From assembly GCA_964016885.1 (NCBI GenBank), contig OZ024741.1, positions 236,344,001 through 236,408,000 of the forward strand: a stretch of 64,000 nucleotides of DNA, written 5' to 3'. Each line of letters opens with the position of its first letter. The stretch's first letter is position 1. A model generated the notes under the pieces. It did no database searches. It saw only the letters and a list, made by a program, of their open reading frames with translations, and was not told the DNA's origin. The stretch is from Eledone cirrhosa (taxonomy: Eukaryota). Of the stretch, positions 36,045-52,187 are shown one piece after another. A program made the translations under genes and the position numbers.

Positions 36045-36124
36045 AATTATTCCATTAACAAAGGTTTCAAGAAACTAGACGATTCTTACAGAAGCGTCTA
36101 GCCCCTTCATCAGATAAAATAATT
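36045..36124 (-). ncRNA. Type I hammerhead (one stem III substitution)
   Basis: Minus: AATTATTTTAT-CTGATGA-AGGGGCTAGACG..CGTCTAGTTTCTT-GAAA-CCTTTG-TTA-ATGGAATAATT. 11-bp stem I. Confidence 0.72.
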
Positions 36125-37253
36125 TTGTTTTGGATATCAATTTTGAAATTGATATCTATTCAAAATGAAAGTGAGGTTGAGTTAAAATAACATCTTATAA
36201 CGGGAAAAAATATATATATACACATGTGCGACATGTGCGACATGTGCGTATTAAGGTTGTTTAAATTTATCTTGAGTCATTTCCACAAATCGCTCACTGG
36301 TAACTAGTTGGTTGGTGTTTAAAGGTGTCGCTTCTTTCTTCAGACATACTGGAAAAAGAAAACAATGGCGCTGGCAAACAGTGTGTAAGATGAAAGAACG
36401 TGGAATTCCATATGTAATAAATTGATCTATTTTAGACCAATTGAAAGAATATACAAAAAGTACAAGAAAATGTACTTTATGCATAAGCAAGAAATATAGA
36501 ATTTTACAGAACCTGAAATCTCTAAATACTTGTCTCAACTCTAAAACTAAAATTTTCAGAGGTTGCCCGCAGATAAGATCCATCTGGAATAAAAATAGCA
36601 TCAACTTGGACACATAACCACCCTGAATATATATTTCAATTATGAAATTGCATTTACATTAATTACCCTGAACTTATATATAATGTGTTCATATACATTT
36701 CGTTATACCTATAATACCCAGATAATACTCACATATTGATTATGATCACATACATTTAGTTATATCTATAACACACAGATAACACTCACATATTGATTAT
36801 TTTCACTTCTTTCTTTCGCTATGCGTACGTCTAGGTATGTAAGTATATACATTTGATGACTCTATATGATGCATCGAACACTCCTTCATTCTAATGATAT
36901 ATTTGACACACATATAAAACACTTACATATGATTACATCCAATCTTATTACTATGCACATTTTTTGTACTCTTGATTCTAAATATAGCATCGAAAATTCC
37001 TTTTCTCTCTCAATATACTTAACATATTTATACATATACTCTCAATATACTTAATATATTTATACATATGTATGAATATTTTTGGGTGCTAATATATTAA
37101 TTTTTTCTATGTATGAACTTACGTGTGTATGTGTGTATATATGCGTTTATATGTATGGGAATATATATTTTTGTACGTACGGTTTTATGTGTATATATGT
37201 ATGCTTTCTATAATGTATGTATTAAATTAAATATGTATGTATATATTCATATA

Positions 37254-37860
37254 ATGTCAGGTCACTGTTGAGTGTTACTGGTAACATGTAACCCAGTACA
37301 ACCTGTCGCATGGTCGGGTCATCGGCGACTAAAATGGCAACCCCACCAAGTTTACTTGGTGAGAAGGGTGATTTTGGACACCCTGCAGGACAAAAGACAA
37401 AACCTGACAAAGGGCGGAAAAACTCATGAGTCAACGGCCATCCAAAAATGTGTAGATATGTATATACATGTGTATATGTATATATGTATATACATGTATA
37501 CATATGTGTATGTATATGCGCGGGGACATAGAAATAATAGGGCTGGATATCCGATCGCGCGGTCAAACCACTGGGAGTGAAGGACCCCTAGTCTTTGTCA
37601 GGGCATTCTTCTAGGAGAAGGCAACTCAGGAAACTGTGATAACTCCGACATAAAACCTGCGTCTCAGTAGTTACCGATGATGTTGATCTTTTCTTCTTTT
37701 CGGGTTACAGCTACTGTCGCTCAGTGAGTGGGATTGGCTCAGTGCACAGTCTTTCCTTACTTAAAAAAATCTTCGCGCGCAGACATTGCAGGATAGCATT
37801 ACTTGATAATTATTAATAATGTTATATCGTGTAATGGCCATACTCGATAACGAGGGGGCA
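37254..37860 (+). mobile_element. RTE-derived non-autonomous element (5' part), interrupted by microsatellite
   Basis: Homologous to 19866-20478 (minus). TCTAGGAGAAGGCAACTC motif. Confidence 0.7.
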
Positions 37861-38279
37861 GCCTTCATTCATTCATATAATATGGGTGTATATATATCGT
37901 ATATATGCATATATAGCCAAGTATATATGTATCTGTATGGACGTGTGTGCGTATATATGTTTATATATATATATATGCATATATGAGTGTTGTGTACATG
38001 TGTGTGTGTGTGTGTATACATTTATATATGTATATGTATGTGTATTTGTATGTCTATGTATATATATGCATGTATGTGTTTACAGATGTATATTATGTGT
38101 GCCTGTCTGCGTAAAATGTGTATATACGTGAACTACAACTAAACGTTTTTATAAATTTACTGTAGAATAACATAACAAATATGTTTTAAATATATACAAG
38201 GGGTAGAAGGGAAAAATGTTGACCATACTTAAATGTGGAATGATACGCGATGTGCTCCCCCCCCCATACACACACAGAC

Positions 38280-39655
38280 CCGGCGGTCAGGATGGAGAAG
38301 GCGTTTACCCAGAGGACGGCAAGGGAAACGCGCTGGAAAAGCCACTCCAGCTCGAGGGGCTTACACCTGTGGCTGGCCAGTTCAGCGCCTACGGTGGTGA
38401 GTAGGGAGGTAACCCTAGGGCCGAGGACACCAGAGGTCTCCACTGCCAGGGGTACAACCGCAAACCTGTCGGAGAGCGACCGGTATTTGAGGAGTTTGGC
38501 CTCCTCAGCCCGACGTGCAGCAGAACCTGGGTTAGTCGCAGACTGCACCAGGTTGCGGCTGCAGAAAGTGTCGGTGCAAGTGGCATCCCAGATGAGGGGT
38601 TTGCCACCGCGGAACGGGAAGATGTTCATGCCATCTGGCCTTTTGCCGTCCCCTCGGTCCAGCCCCACCGGTTCGAGCTGAGAAAGGAAGCCTGCAAGGT
38701 CCAAGCCATGCTTTATGACCTCGTTGAGGGCAGCATGGCGTGGAAGGCGGCCGGCACTGTGGCGACAGGAAAGCGGGTGGAGGCCGAAAGAGTCCACGGT
38801 AGATCCGCAGCGACTATGGTGTGGCTCGCAGATCCGGAGGTCGAGCCTCAAGGAAACGCCGATGCGCAGGCTATGGTTGTCTAGCTGCGTCCCAGTGGAG
38901 AAGGAGGGCAGGGCATGGAGCCAGGCACCATTGTGGGGTTTGGAGGCCTCACGAAAACAGGCAAGGCGGTGCTCGTCGAGCTGGCGGGTGAGCCTGTCTG
39001 AGGCCAGGCTGCACTGGATGGCATCCCAAGTGCGTTGGGGGGAGGGGGACTTGACGTCAACAGGGGGAGAAGGAGGAGGGACGTCTACTGAGCTAAGTCC
39101 CAGCCGGTCCCGCGTCTCAAAGGCGGCCTCACGTTCTCTGAATACAGAAGGTTCTATTGTGTTTAGAAGAACCCTTGTGACGAGAACGAAGCACAAGATT
39201 ACCGACGAAAGATACGCCGGCAAAGCCACGGAGATCGGGGACCGGAGGCCAAGGCCGCCATACCTGACAGGTAAAGTGGCCTGTTGCCACCCTATGTCGT
39301 CAAACTTGACGTTGCATATCTCCTCGGCTGCTGCTCGGATACAAGTATCGAGGTCAGCGAGGAGAGATGTGTGGGTGTAACACGGGGCGCTGCGAAGGGT
39401 ATAGAGGAGTTTCGGCATGGCGAAGCAGTTCCTCAACAGAAAGAGGGCTGGGTGGCCGTCGATCAAGTTCAGTTGGCTCGTGAGAGTCTGGAGTTGTTGA
39501 AGCCTGGACCTGATGGTGGAGCGGATGGCCGGCGGGCGGATCGGTGACTCGAGGATGAGAACATCCCCTTTGGGGGTCACCTGTACCTGGTGGAGAATGG
39601 ACCGCACGTCCGAGACGGAGGCTGATACAGATCAACACAACATACTTGAGGGGTT
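38280..39655 (-). mobile_element. 5'-truncated CRE-clade non-LTR retrotransposon (thumb, Zn knuckle, restriction-like endonuclease)
   Basis: Open frame 38186-39607: QATLPVRYGGLGL, GAWLHALP, CG..D..GLH.LSC, RH..LNE, EP..L...DGKRPDG, WDATC. Confidence 0.92.
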
Positions 39656-39850
39656 ACCCCTTTGCTGATTTACGATCCCAAATCCGTGGGGGATGCGTGA
39701 ATCCTGATTTCGCTAATTGACAGGTGGATAGCACTTTGCTCCAGTAAACACGATGGCAAGGAGACCCTTTCAGGAACTCATATGTCTGCTGGACGCACGA
39801 GCAAAAGGACGTGTGTTTTTTCCTGCCGGTGGCATATCACAAAATCGAAT

Positions 39851-39940
39851 TTCATCTGAGGAAACCGTTCTCATAATAACAACAAATGCATGAATTACAT
39901 CTTGATTGCATGGGAGAACCGTTGAAATAATTATAATGAA
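39851..39940 (+). ncRNA. Type I hammerhead with long stem II
   Basis: TTCAT-CTGAGGA-AAC-C-GTTCTC...GAGAAC-C-GTT-GAAA-T-AATT-A-TA-ATGAA. AUA triplet. Confidence 0.85.
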
Positions 39941-40047
39941 TAAACGATTTATGTAACATCAGCATCTTTATTAATGTTATTATTATACTGAATGTTGAGA
40001 GCTTTCTCCTGCTTGCTCCTATTTTTACCAAAAACAATCTCTTCGGA

Positions 40048-40083
<36 letters not shown>

Positions 40084-40951
40084 GTTGTGACCTGTTCTTT
40101 CTCTTCATCTCCCTTGTTATTATTCACCCTTTCCCTTTCTCTCTCCCGGTTACTTACATACATGTGCTTCTCCTTGTGACCCTCCCCGCTCTTTATAGGT
40201 ATGTTTTCTGTGCCTTTTTCTTCTTTTTTTCCCTTCTGTTTAATTTATTTTTTCTCCCTCCTTTTTCCTTCCCCAATAACTTACAAAGGTTATTGACACA
40301 CTGGGGATAGACATATTGTCTTTAATGCGTTGAAATGTCCGAGACCCTCAGCAGACAACTGAAAAGGGGACCTGTCCCTTGTTTGAGCTTTCCTTTTATT
40401 TCTAAATACACTTTATCAAGTAACCACACAGTCCCTTGTTCCTTCTATATTTGTTATTAATTTTTTGCTGTGATCTGTTCTTTCTCTCCATCTCTCTTGT
40501 TGTTATTATTAACTCCTTCCCTTTCTTTCTCCCTCCCCCTCTCTCTTTCGCCCTCCCATTCACTTAAACTCTCTTTTTCTCTGCTTCCTTACTACTTCCG
40601 TTTTCTCTCGTCTCTGCCCCTTTTCGCCTACTCTCGCCGAGGTTAGACTTGTTTTTTATCGCTCTCCCTATCTTGCTGTCAATAAGGCCTCGGACTTATG
40701 TCCAGTCGCCGCTTTGACCACTGTCTCTCCCGGTTACTTACATACATGTGCTTCCCTTCGTGCTCCCTACACAGCCCCTTGTTCCTTCTAAATATATATA
40801 TATATGTGTGTGTATGTGTGTATGTGTGTGTGTGTGTGTGTATGTAAATATAGAAATATATGTGTATATATATATGCGTTGTATGTGTATCTACATACAC
40901 GTACGTGTATGTGTGTTTGTACGTATGTATGTCTGTATGTATGCGTACGTG

Positions 40952-41038
<87 letters not shown>

Positions 41039-41294
41039 GTTATTCCGGGTTGAATCGGAGGTAACCATATATATATATATATATATGTGTATCTGTATAA
41101 GCAAGATGTATGGTAGGTCGTATGTGTATCTGTATATATATATATATATATGTATGTATGAGTGTGTATGTGGTTGATGCGCTTATATATATCTATGTAA
41201 GTGTGTATATATGGATGTACGTGTAGATGCGCGCAAGTGGTTTCAAGTGTGTGTGTATGTATATTTGTGTGTGTGTATATATATTTTTTCCGTT

Positions 41295-41465
41295 ATAAGA
41301 TGTTGTTTTAACTCAACCTCACTTTCATTTTTAATAGATAACAATTTCAAAATTTATATCCAAAACAAAATTATTTTATCTGATGGACGAGCTGTAAGAA
41401 TTGTCTAGCTTCTTGAAACCTTTGGCAATGGAATAATTATATTGTGTTGTTTATTATGTAATTAA
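41295..41465 (+). mobile_element. PLE pLTR copy with decayed hammerhead (inverse of ~36010-36200)
   Basis: Shares the flanks and stem I with 36045-36124. Core is CTGATGG with a stem II deletion. Confidence 0.75.
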
Positions 41466-41577
41466 ATAGCTCTGTACTATACATAGACCACTCTTCTTTC
41501 CTTTACCTTTTCTACGGAAATACTTAACTCATATTGACAAGTAAGTTTGGTTTGAAACAGCGAATAAGCTTGAAATT

Positions 41578-41826
41578 AGAAATAGAAGCTTTTGCCGCAC
41601 CTTTTGACTAAAGAAATTTTAAGAAATGGAAAAAGATGTGTATTGACGTACAATACTCATCTTTTTCCATTTCTTGGAGAGTTCTAAACGCCACTATCAG
41701 GTTAAAATTTCTTTAGTCAAAAGGTGCGGCGAAACCTTCTATTTCTATGAAAAATTCAGGACCCCGACTGCTGAGCTCCGGCCGTTTCAACAGCTAGATC
41801 CGTTCGAGGGTCCTGAATTTTTCATA
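41578..41826. repeat. Nested and adjacent hairpins; includes pLTR family of 11630-11821
   Basis: Inner hairpin 41620-41676; outer arms ~41578-41621 / 41703-41748; third IR TATGAAAAATTCAGGACCC...GGGTCCTGAATTTTTCATA. Confidence 0.85.
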
Positions 41827-41933
41827 TAACCCCATACTACCCCAAGTATCGAGTATTCTGGTGAGTAATGGTCTAACTGGTTTTTACCGCCACCATTCTG
41901 ATATATATATATAATATATATATATATATATTA

Positions 41934-42118
41934 TAATTGTTTCTACTTTTGGCACAAGTCCAGCAAATACCCAGTGCATTACTGGTACTTTATTTTATCG
42001 ACCCCGTAAGGATGAAAGGCAAAGTTAACCTCGGCGGGATTTGAACTCAGAATGGCAAGGGCCATAACTCTATGCGTCAAAGCATGGTGTCTGACCCTCT
42101 ACCGGTACTGCCAATCCA
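41934..42118 (-). mobile_element. SINE family B
   Basis: Reverse complement of 13408-13593. Confidence 0.9.
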
Positions 42119-42129
42119 TATTATAATAA

Positions 42130-42249
42130 TAATAAATAAGGGAGACGGTTTTATTCGAACGTCTTCATTTTATTACATAATTCCATGGAATAGGAATTAT
42201 GTAATAAAATGAAGATGTGCGAATAAAACCGTCTCTCTTATTTATTATA
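42130..42249. repeat. Hairpin, ~55-bp arms
   Basis: TAATAAATAAGGGAGACGGTTTTATTCG..TAATTCC vs GGAATTA..CGAATAAAACCGTCTCTCTTATTTATTA. Confidence 0.88.
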
Positions 42250-43473
42250 CTAAAACTCTGGTTGATACCTTACAGAGAAAATCCTAAGGAATACAAAGCG
42301 TAGAGTGCTTTACTGGTTTACGAAAAAGTCAGTGGATTATTTCATCAACTTTCATAAACTGAATATATAAATAGATAAATAAATATATATATGTATATAA
42401 CAGCGTAAGCTTAGCGGTCGGGCAAAGAATCTCTATAATAATTGTTTCTACTTTTGGCACAATTAAAAGGAAAGGGGAAAGTCGATTAAATCGACTCCAG
42501 TGCGTTATTGGTACTTTATTTCATCGACCCCGTAAAGATGGACGGGATTTGAACTCAACAATAATAATATATACACACACACATACATACACTCACAGAT
42601 AAATGTGCAGATACACATACATACACTCATTCAAATATATGCAATATTTAACAGGTACACTTTTCTTTTTTCAGCATAGAGTCAAGTCAACATATGTAGC
42701 TGGTTTGCCATTGGCTGCGGGTGACTGACTGATGCAGGAAAGGGGGGGGGGGGGAGTTAAGGACAGTCAGGTGGATGTCTTGTGTTGATGTCACACTGTC
42801 CTACTGTCGACATTGGTCTGTAATTGTCTACATACTGTATCACTGCGGACAACAGTAGTGAACTGTCCGGTTGGCTGGCTGGCTCACTCGTAGAACGACT
42901 TGGAAGAGAGAGAGAGGAAGAGGAGAAGGGCGGCGAAAGAGTGAAGGATATACAAATAGAGTTAGAGAATACATAAGATACGAAGAGAAAGAGTGTAAGG
43001 CAGAGAGTGAATATAAAAAGACTATAATTGTGATGTTAGCAGAGATTCTTGAATAGATAAAACGCAGAGAGAGAGAATGTCAATTTAAATGAGAGAGAGA
43101 GAGAGAGGCAGCCACTTAATAGAGGAGAAAGAGAGAAAGTCACATAATAGGTAAGAGAAAGAGAGAGAAGGGATTAGAGAGAATGAGATTCTAAATGAGC
43201 GAGAGTTGAAGAAAGTAATAATTATCGTCGCCCCGATTCCCTTTACAAACGTGTAGTGAGGTCATATAATGAGGGATCAGCTTAGTAGAGGCTGGGCGTA
43301 GGATTTTGATCCCTCAGCAGGTATGTAGCAACGAAGTAACTCAACACATACACACATATACAGTGCAAAATATATATACTTACACTGAAATATGTGGGTG
43401 TGTGTGTGTGTGCAGGATATCCGTAGATAAAAGGCCAAGGAAAACAATGTTCAATTTATTGCAAGAGAGCTTA

Positions 43474-43711
43474 TTTAGTATAATTAAAATTTCATACATT
43501 TAACATGTATGTGTGATCTTAGGTTTCGAGATCCAGTTGTGGCGACCACTGTATAGTGTGGGAGCCGTTACAATACGGGCCTCTCATCATAGTGCTCGAT
43601 GAGAAACCAGTATTGAAACGGCACCTCCACTAAACAATGGTGACCAGAACTGAAAGCCGAAATCTAAGGTCACGCATACATTTTAAATGTGGGTAATTTT
43701 AATTATACTAT
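43474..43711. repeat. Imperfect inverted repeat carrying hammerhead-like 3' halves
   Basis: Arms ~43474-43550 / 43635-43711. CGAAA(T/C)CTAAG(G/A)TCAC on both strands. Confidence 0.75.
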
Positions 43712-43969
43712 ATATATATATATTATAATTATTTCTGGCAATATTATAACAATATGACCCTCCCCAAATATAACTATATATATATATGTAGGAGGTGAAA
43801 TGCGCATAATAAAATGCATGGAACACTTTTAACCATCTTTTGATTTTATATTATTTTATATATATATATATATATATATTGAGATTTCCAAGAGATGTCA
43901 GCATGAATGGACCTGTTATTTTTATTCCAAACCACCCGTCCCTTCAATCTATTTTATTTCTCATTTTTT

Positions 43970-44005
43970 TCTTCTGATGAAGGACTAGTGTCCGAAACGT
44001 TAAGA
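43970..44005 (+). ncRNA. Minimal hammerhead ribozyme (no loop III)
   Basis: TCTT-CTGATGA-A-GGAC-TAGT-GTCC-GAAA-C-G-TT-AAGA, within the pLTR-like insert 43890-44090. Confidence 0.78.
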
Positions 44006-44117
44006 CCCTCTTCCTGCTATGTCAGCGTTAACCTAATATATTCCTTCCATATACTGTACCGATTGTGTTGTTATTTCTGTTTACCTTTTACACATACACA
44101 CACACATATATATATAT

Positions 44118-44193
<76 letters not shown>

Positions 44194-44281
44194 GTAGGAA
44201 GTGGGTAATATTGTAGAACAATAAAACTATGCATATATCAGATAAGTAGCACTCGGCAGTAGGTAGAACTGGAGTATATAT

Positions 44282-44568
44282 TAAAGAAGAAATTAAAAGA
44301 TGGTTAAAGAAGTTCCATATATTTTATTATGCGCATTTCGAAAACAACATCATCCTGGGACAAAAATTGTGTTCTCAGATAAAAGAAAGTAACATGATAT
44401 GAGGCCTAAACACACTTGATTGAACACTTTCTTGTTTTTAGGCCTCATATCATGTTACCTTATTTTATCTGATGAGAACACAATTTTTGTCCCAAGATGA
44501 TGTTGTTTTCGAAATGCGCATAATAAAATATATGGAACTTTTTTAACCATCTTTTAATTTCTTCTTTA
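44282..44568. repeat. Inverted repeat, ~130-bp arms (pLTR fold-back)
   Basis: 44282-44412 vs 44433-44568. The left arm lost 3 nt of the ribozyme core (CTGAGA). Confidence 0.92.
44461..44530 (+). ncRNA. Type I hammerhead ribozyme
   Basis: TATTTTAT-CTGATGA-GAACAC...GTTTTC-GAAA-T-GCGC-A-TA-ATAAAATA. 8-bp stem I, palindromic loop III, AUA triplet. Confidence 0.85.
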
Positions 44569-44649
44569 TATATATATATATATATATAAAGAAGAAATTG
44601 ATTAAAGAAAGATGGTTAAAAAAGTTCTATATATATATATATGTATATT

Positions 44650-44743
<94 letters not shown>

Positions 44744-45149
44744 CATACATATATATGTATATACTTATATATGAGCGTGTATATAAAGTTTATTTTAATA
44801 CCACTAGCTTGAGACAAAATGGTGTAAACAGAACAAGATCAGAACAAAGATGAGACACAGAAGAGCAAGAATATTCATTGAGAATGTCACAGGATGTATG
44901 ACGAAAGAGCTTTGGTAATTAACAATTAAGCAACCACTTGGTATCTGAACTAACCGATGAATAATAAACTGATGTGAAACATCAACTGGTGCGTGTGTTT
45001 TTAGAGGCAGTATGGCACTCTCAAAGTATAACAGTATGTTTCAACATACGATTTCACATCAACAATCTTGCAAAACAAATACCAAAAATTAGTCTTTTTT
45101 CTTTTACTAGCTTCAATCATTGAACCGCAAATACGCTTGGGCATCATAT

Positions 45150-46060
45150 ACGACGGGCATTCAAAAGGTTCTTGGGAAAATGGGATGAAATGAAAACTAT
45201 TTTATATAAAAGCTTTATTTCTCCACATAAGCATCACCAAGGCATTTTTGTAAGCGATGATACCATTCATTTATACCACCCCGATAAAACTGAGTGTTCT
45301 GAGAATTTAACCATAGAAAATTGGATACCTTTAAAATTTGTTTTAAGTTTAGGAAATAAGAAAAATTCAGAAGGTGCTAAATTGGGATTGTAGGGTGGAT
45401 GTCTAATAATTTGCTATCGAGAGGAATGGGCAAGGGTATTATCGTGGTGGAAAAGAGATCTGTGATGAAGTTTTCCAAGGCGGCTTTCTGCTAAATGTCT
45501 GGCTAATTTTCTCAAAACGTTTTCATAATAAGCAGGTGTTACTGTTTTCCTTCCTTCTAGGAAGTCAACTAACAAAATGCCCCCAGCATACTTTCCTCCT
45601 GAACGGTTAACTCTAGCTTTGACCGGACCCTTTCCGCCTTTGCGGAACCATTGCTTTAACTGTGTTTTGTCTTCAGGATCGTGCCGGTAAAGCCACGTTT
45701 GATCTCCCATCACAACTCGCCTCAGATTTTGATCCCATTTGTTTAAAATTTCTAAAGAAAGCTCTGTCCTTGTTTGTTGTTCATCCAGGCGCAACAGTCT
45801 TGGCATCCCGCCGACAGAAAGTTTGCTCAGCTTTAATCTATCACTTAAAATTGTGTGAACTGAATCAACCTAAATGACTATGCTGTTAATCATCGGTCTC
45901 CAATTAAATCTCGAACAGCATCGATCTTTTCTTCACTAACTGATGTTGATGGCTTGCCGGAGTGTTCATCATTTTCAACTCCATTTCATCCTTCTTTGAA
46001 ACGAGTTGTCTATTTGTAAATTGGTGTTGGGTCTTGCTTTAGTTTTGTCAGAACACGTGT
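45150..46060 (-). mobile_element. Degenerate mariner transposon
   Basis: VVMGDQTWLYRHDPEDK..QW..GILLVDFLE..TVT.AYY..L..FHHDNTLAHS. TIR-like TA-CGACGGGCATTCAAAAGGTTC at 45149. Confidence 0.88.
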
Positions 46061-46488
46061 TGCTTTATAGGAGGTTGGTTTTAAAATAGCGTAAATTTGA
46101 ATTTGTTGTTTCAAATTACTTCCGAATCATCCAGGTTAGAACATATTTAAGTTGCTACAAACCTGTACCAACATATTTTCATAGTGTTCCAATAAAATAC
46201 ATTTTCCACGAAATTTCTATCTCTTACTGCAGAACAAAGGAAGATTTGGCCCTCTTCATTTTGTACTAATTCACACATTCCACTTAACATCAAATACGTA
46301 TTCATTTTGAGGGGAAAAAAAAAAAATAGATATCAGGTGTATTACAGATTAACATTATAGCTTATGGAAATTATATATATATATATATAATTGTTTCTAC
46401 TTTTTGGCACAAGGCCAGCAATTACCAGTGTATTACTGGTACTTTATTTTATCGAACCCGTAAGGATGAAAGGCAAAAATAGAAGGAG

Positions 46489-46551
46489 AAATAACCTCTG
46501 TCAGCGGTCATTTAGCCCATTGAGCTAAATGACCTCTGACAGAGGTTATTT
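46489..46551. repeat. Hairpin, ~29-bp arms
   Basis: AAATAACCTCTGTCAGCGGTCATTTAGC / GCTAAATGACCTCTGACAGAGGTTATTT. Confidence 0.85.
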
Positions 46552-46852
46552 AGGCGTCCCAGTATCTGAAATATCTTCTAAGTTATTATTTATTGCTACC
46601 GACTGTATTTACAGTTATTTCTGCGTCTGAGTTTCTTACATTTTCTATGAACTTCCTAATTTCTTAGCGCTTCTAATGATACTATGCTGTCATTTAAGTA
46701 GAATTGTTTCTTTAACTGCATATTTCATTTCGGTATCTATACTGGCTGAGGATTTGGAGCCTGTCTCAGGAGAAATCTGAAATAAGCAGCCGAACGAAGA
46801 AACATTTGTACCTAAATGACAACATAATTAGTGTGTTAGTGTAATATCTATC

Positions 46853-46910
<58 letters not shown>

Positions 46911-47049
46911 ACACAACTCGTCCCATGGATTGAGTGCCCTACCTATATACCTATATACACCAATGTACACACACATGTATACAGACACACACACACATAT
47001 GTATACATATGTGTGTGTGATATTTGCGTACACACATATAATCAATATA

Positions 47050-49920
<2,871 letters not shown>

Positions 49921-50184
49921 CTCTCTCTATATATATATGCATCAAGTTATCTGTATATATAAATATATATATATATATAATTGTTGATATATACATATAT
50001 ATATAGTGTTGATGTTCCCGTTTGAAACGAGGGTCGAGTACTCAATACTTTAATTTTCGTTTATTAAATTAATAGCTCTCACATGATTAGTTCTGTTTCC
50101 TTCTCTAAGAATTTGTTGAGGGGAAAGAGGTCGGTAGAAATGCATACATATATGCATTAATTGATATGTATGTATGTATGTGAA

Positions 50185-50266
<82 letters not shown>

Positions 50267-50295
50267 AAGAAAAGATAGATAGATAGATGTGTGTG

Positions 50296-50337
<42 letters not shown>

Positions 50338-50978
50338 GAAGAGTGAGTAATAGAAAGAATGAGTAGAGGGATTAGTGATAGAAAGACTGTGAGTCGAAGT
50401 GTAACAGAAAGAAGTTGATAGAATGGTCATACACACAGCATCACACACAAATACAGTATATATACAGATACACACACATACAATATATACTATTATCATT
50501 TACTGTGGAACTACAAAATATATCTTTCACCAACCAGCAGGATCGATAAAGTGATTTTTTTCTCTTCTCTTTTTATACTGTTTCCCTTATTCGGGGCTTG
50601 ACTACATGTTACGTGTGATGTGTATGTGTGTATTTGTGTGTGTTTGTATGTGCGTGTAGGGAGTAATACGTGTATCTATCAGTTGGGTTGTGTAGGTGTA
50701 TCGATTTAATCACCTAAAGGCATAACTAAATTTTGTATGTATGTATGTATGTATGTATGTATGTATGTATGTATGTATGTATGTATGTATGTATGTATGT
50801 ATGTATGTATGTGTGAATGTATGTGTGTATGTGTGTAAGTATGTATGTATGTGTGTATGTGTGTATGTATGTATGTATCAAGATAGAACCAGATTGAAAC
50901 TAGTTAGACCATTACTCAACAGAGTACACGATACTTGGGATAGTAGAGACTGGAACTAGCTGTTGAAAGAGCTCAGCC

Positions 50979-51014
<36 letters not shown>

Positions 51015-51467
51015 ATGTGTACACACCTACATGTATATATTAGGGTTGCACCGATAAGCAAGTTGACCGATTACCAATTACCGCTTAATTGGCCTCGTCC
51101 TCATCGGCCGATACCGATTAATCAACCGTCAGTTATCTATAATCGTCTCTACTTTAGGCACAAGGCCAGCAATTATCCAGTGCATTACTGGTACTTTATT
51201 TTATCGACCCCGTAAGGATGAAAGGCAAAGTCAGTTATCTATAATGTAATTTGTATTGTGATATGAAAATACGTATGGAGCTTCTATGTGAGAGCAAATA
51301 AAGACAAAATTCGGTTGATTTTATTGTATGAGGTAACGAACCTACAAGAAATTGGCTATGCTCTGGAAATGGAGAAATGATTTACGAATTCTCAAATTTG
51401 ATCATTAAGTTGCTTTTGTTTGTCTAAGTAGCTGTAACAGGAATAATTATTACAGGGAAACGTGTGT

Positions 51468-52050
51468 GGATTGGCAGTGTCGGTAGAGGGTCGGACGCCA
51501 TGCTTTCTAGCATAGTTACGTCCCTTTATGATCTGAGTTCAAATCCCGCCGAGGTTAACTTTGCCTTTCATCCTTACGGGGTCGATAAAATAAAGTACCA
51601 GTAATGTACTGGGTAATTGCTGGCCTTGTGCCTAAAGTAGAAACAATTATTTAGGGCGGTGGATTGGCAGTATCAGTAGAGGGTCGGACACCATGCTTTG
51701 CAGCATAGAGTTACGGCCCTCTACGGTCTGAGTTCAAATCCCGCCGAGGTTAACTTTGCCTTTCATCCTTACGGGGTCGATAAAATAAAGCACCAGTAAT
51801 ATACTGGGGTCGATTTAATCGACTTCCCCCTCCCCCAAATTACTGGCCTTGTTCCTATATAAGAAATCATTATTACAGAGAAAGGGTGGTGGATTGGCAG
51901 TATCGGTAGAGGGTCGGATACCATGCTTTGCAGCATAGAGTTACGTCCCTTTACGGTTTGAGTTCAAACTTTGCCTTTCATCTTTACGGGGTGGATAAAA
52001 TAAAGTACCAGTAATGCACTGGGATAATTGCTGGCCTTGTGCCAATTATT
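51468..52050 (+). mobile_element. Three head-to-tail SINE family B copies
   Basis: Units at ~51468, ~51653 (long variant) and ~51883. Confidence 0.9.
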
Positions 52051-52187
52051 ACTGGGAAATTAGGAGGGTTTCGCGCTTACTTTGACACCCTTTAAGTAGT
52101 TACACCCCCTTGGAAGTCCCAAGTAATTTCTTGTCGCATAGATCAGGAGTTATATTGCTCTGGTATGCTGCGATTGTGTATATTAGG

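Noticed and set aside
36250-36630. Possible Tc1/mariner remnant ending CCACCCTG
   Set aside because: No matching second TIR and no recognisable catalytic motif.
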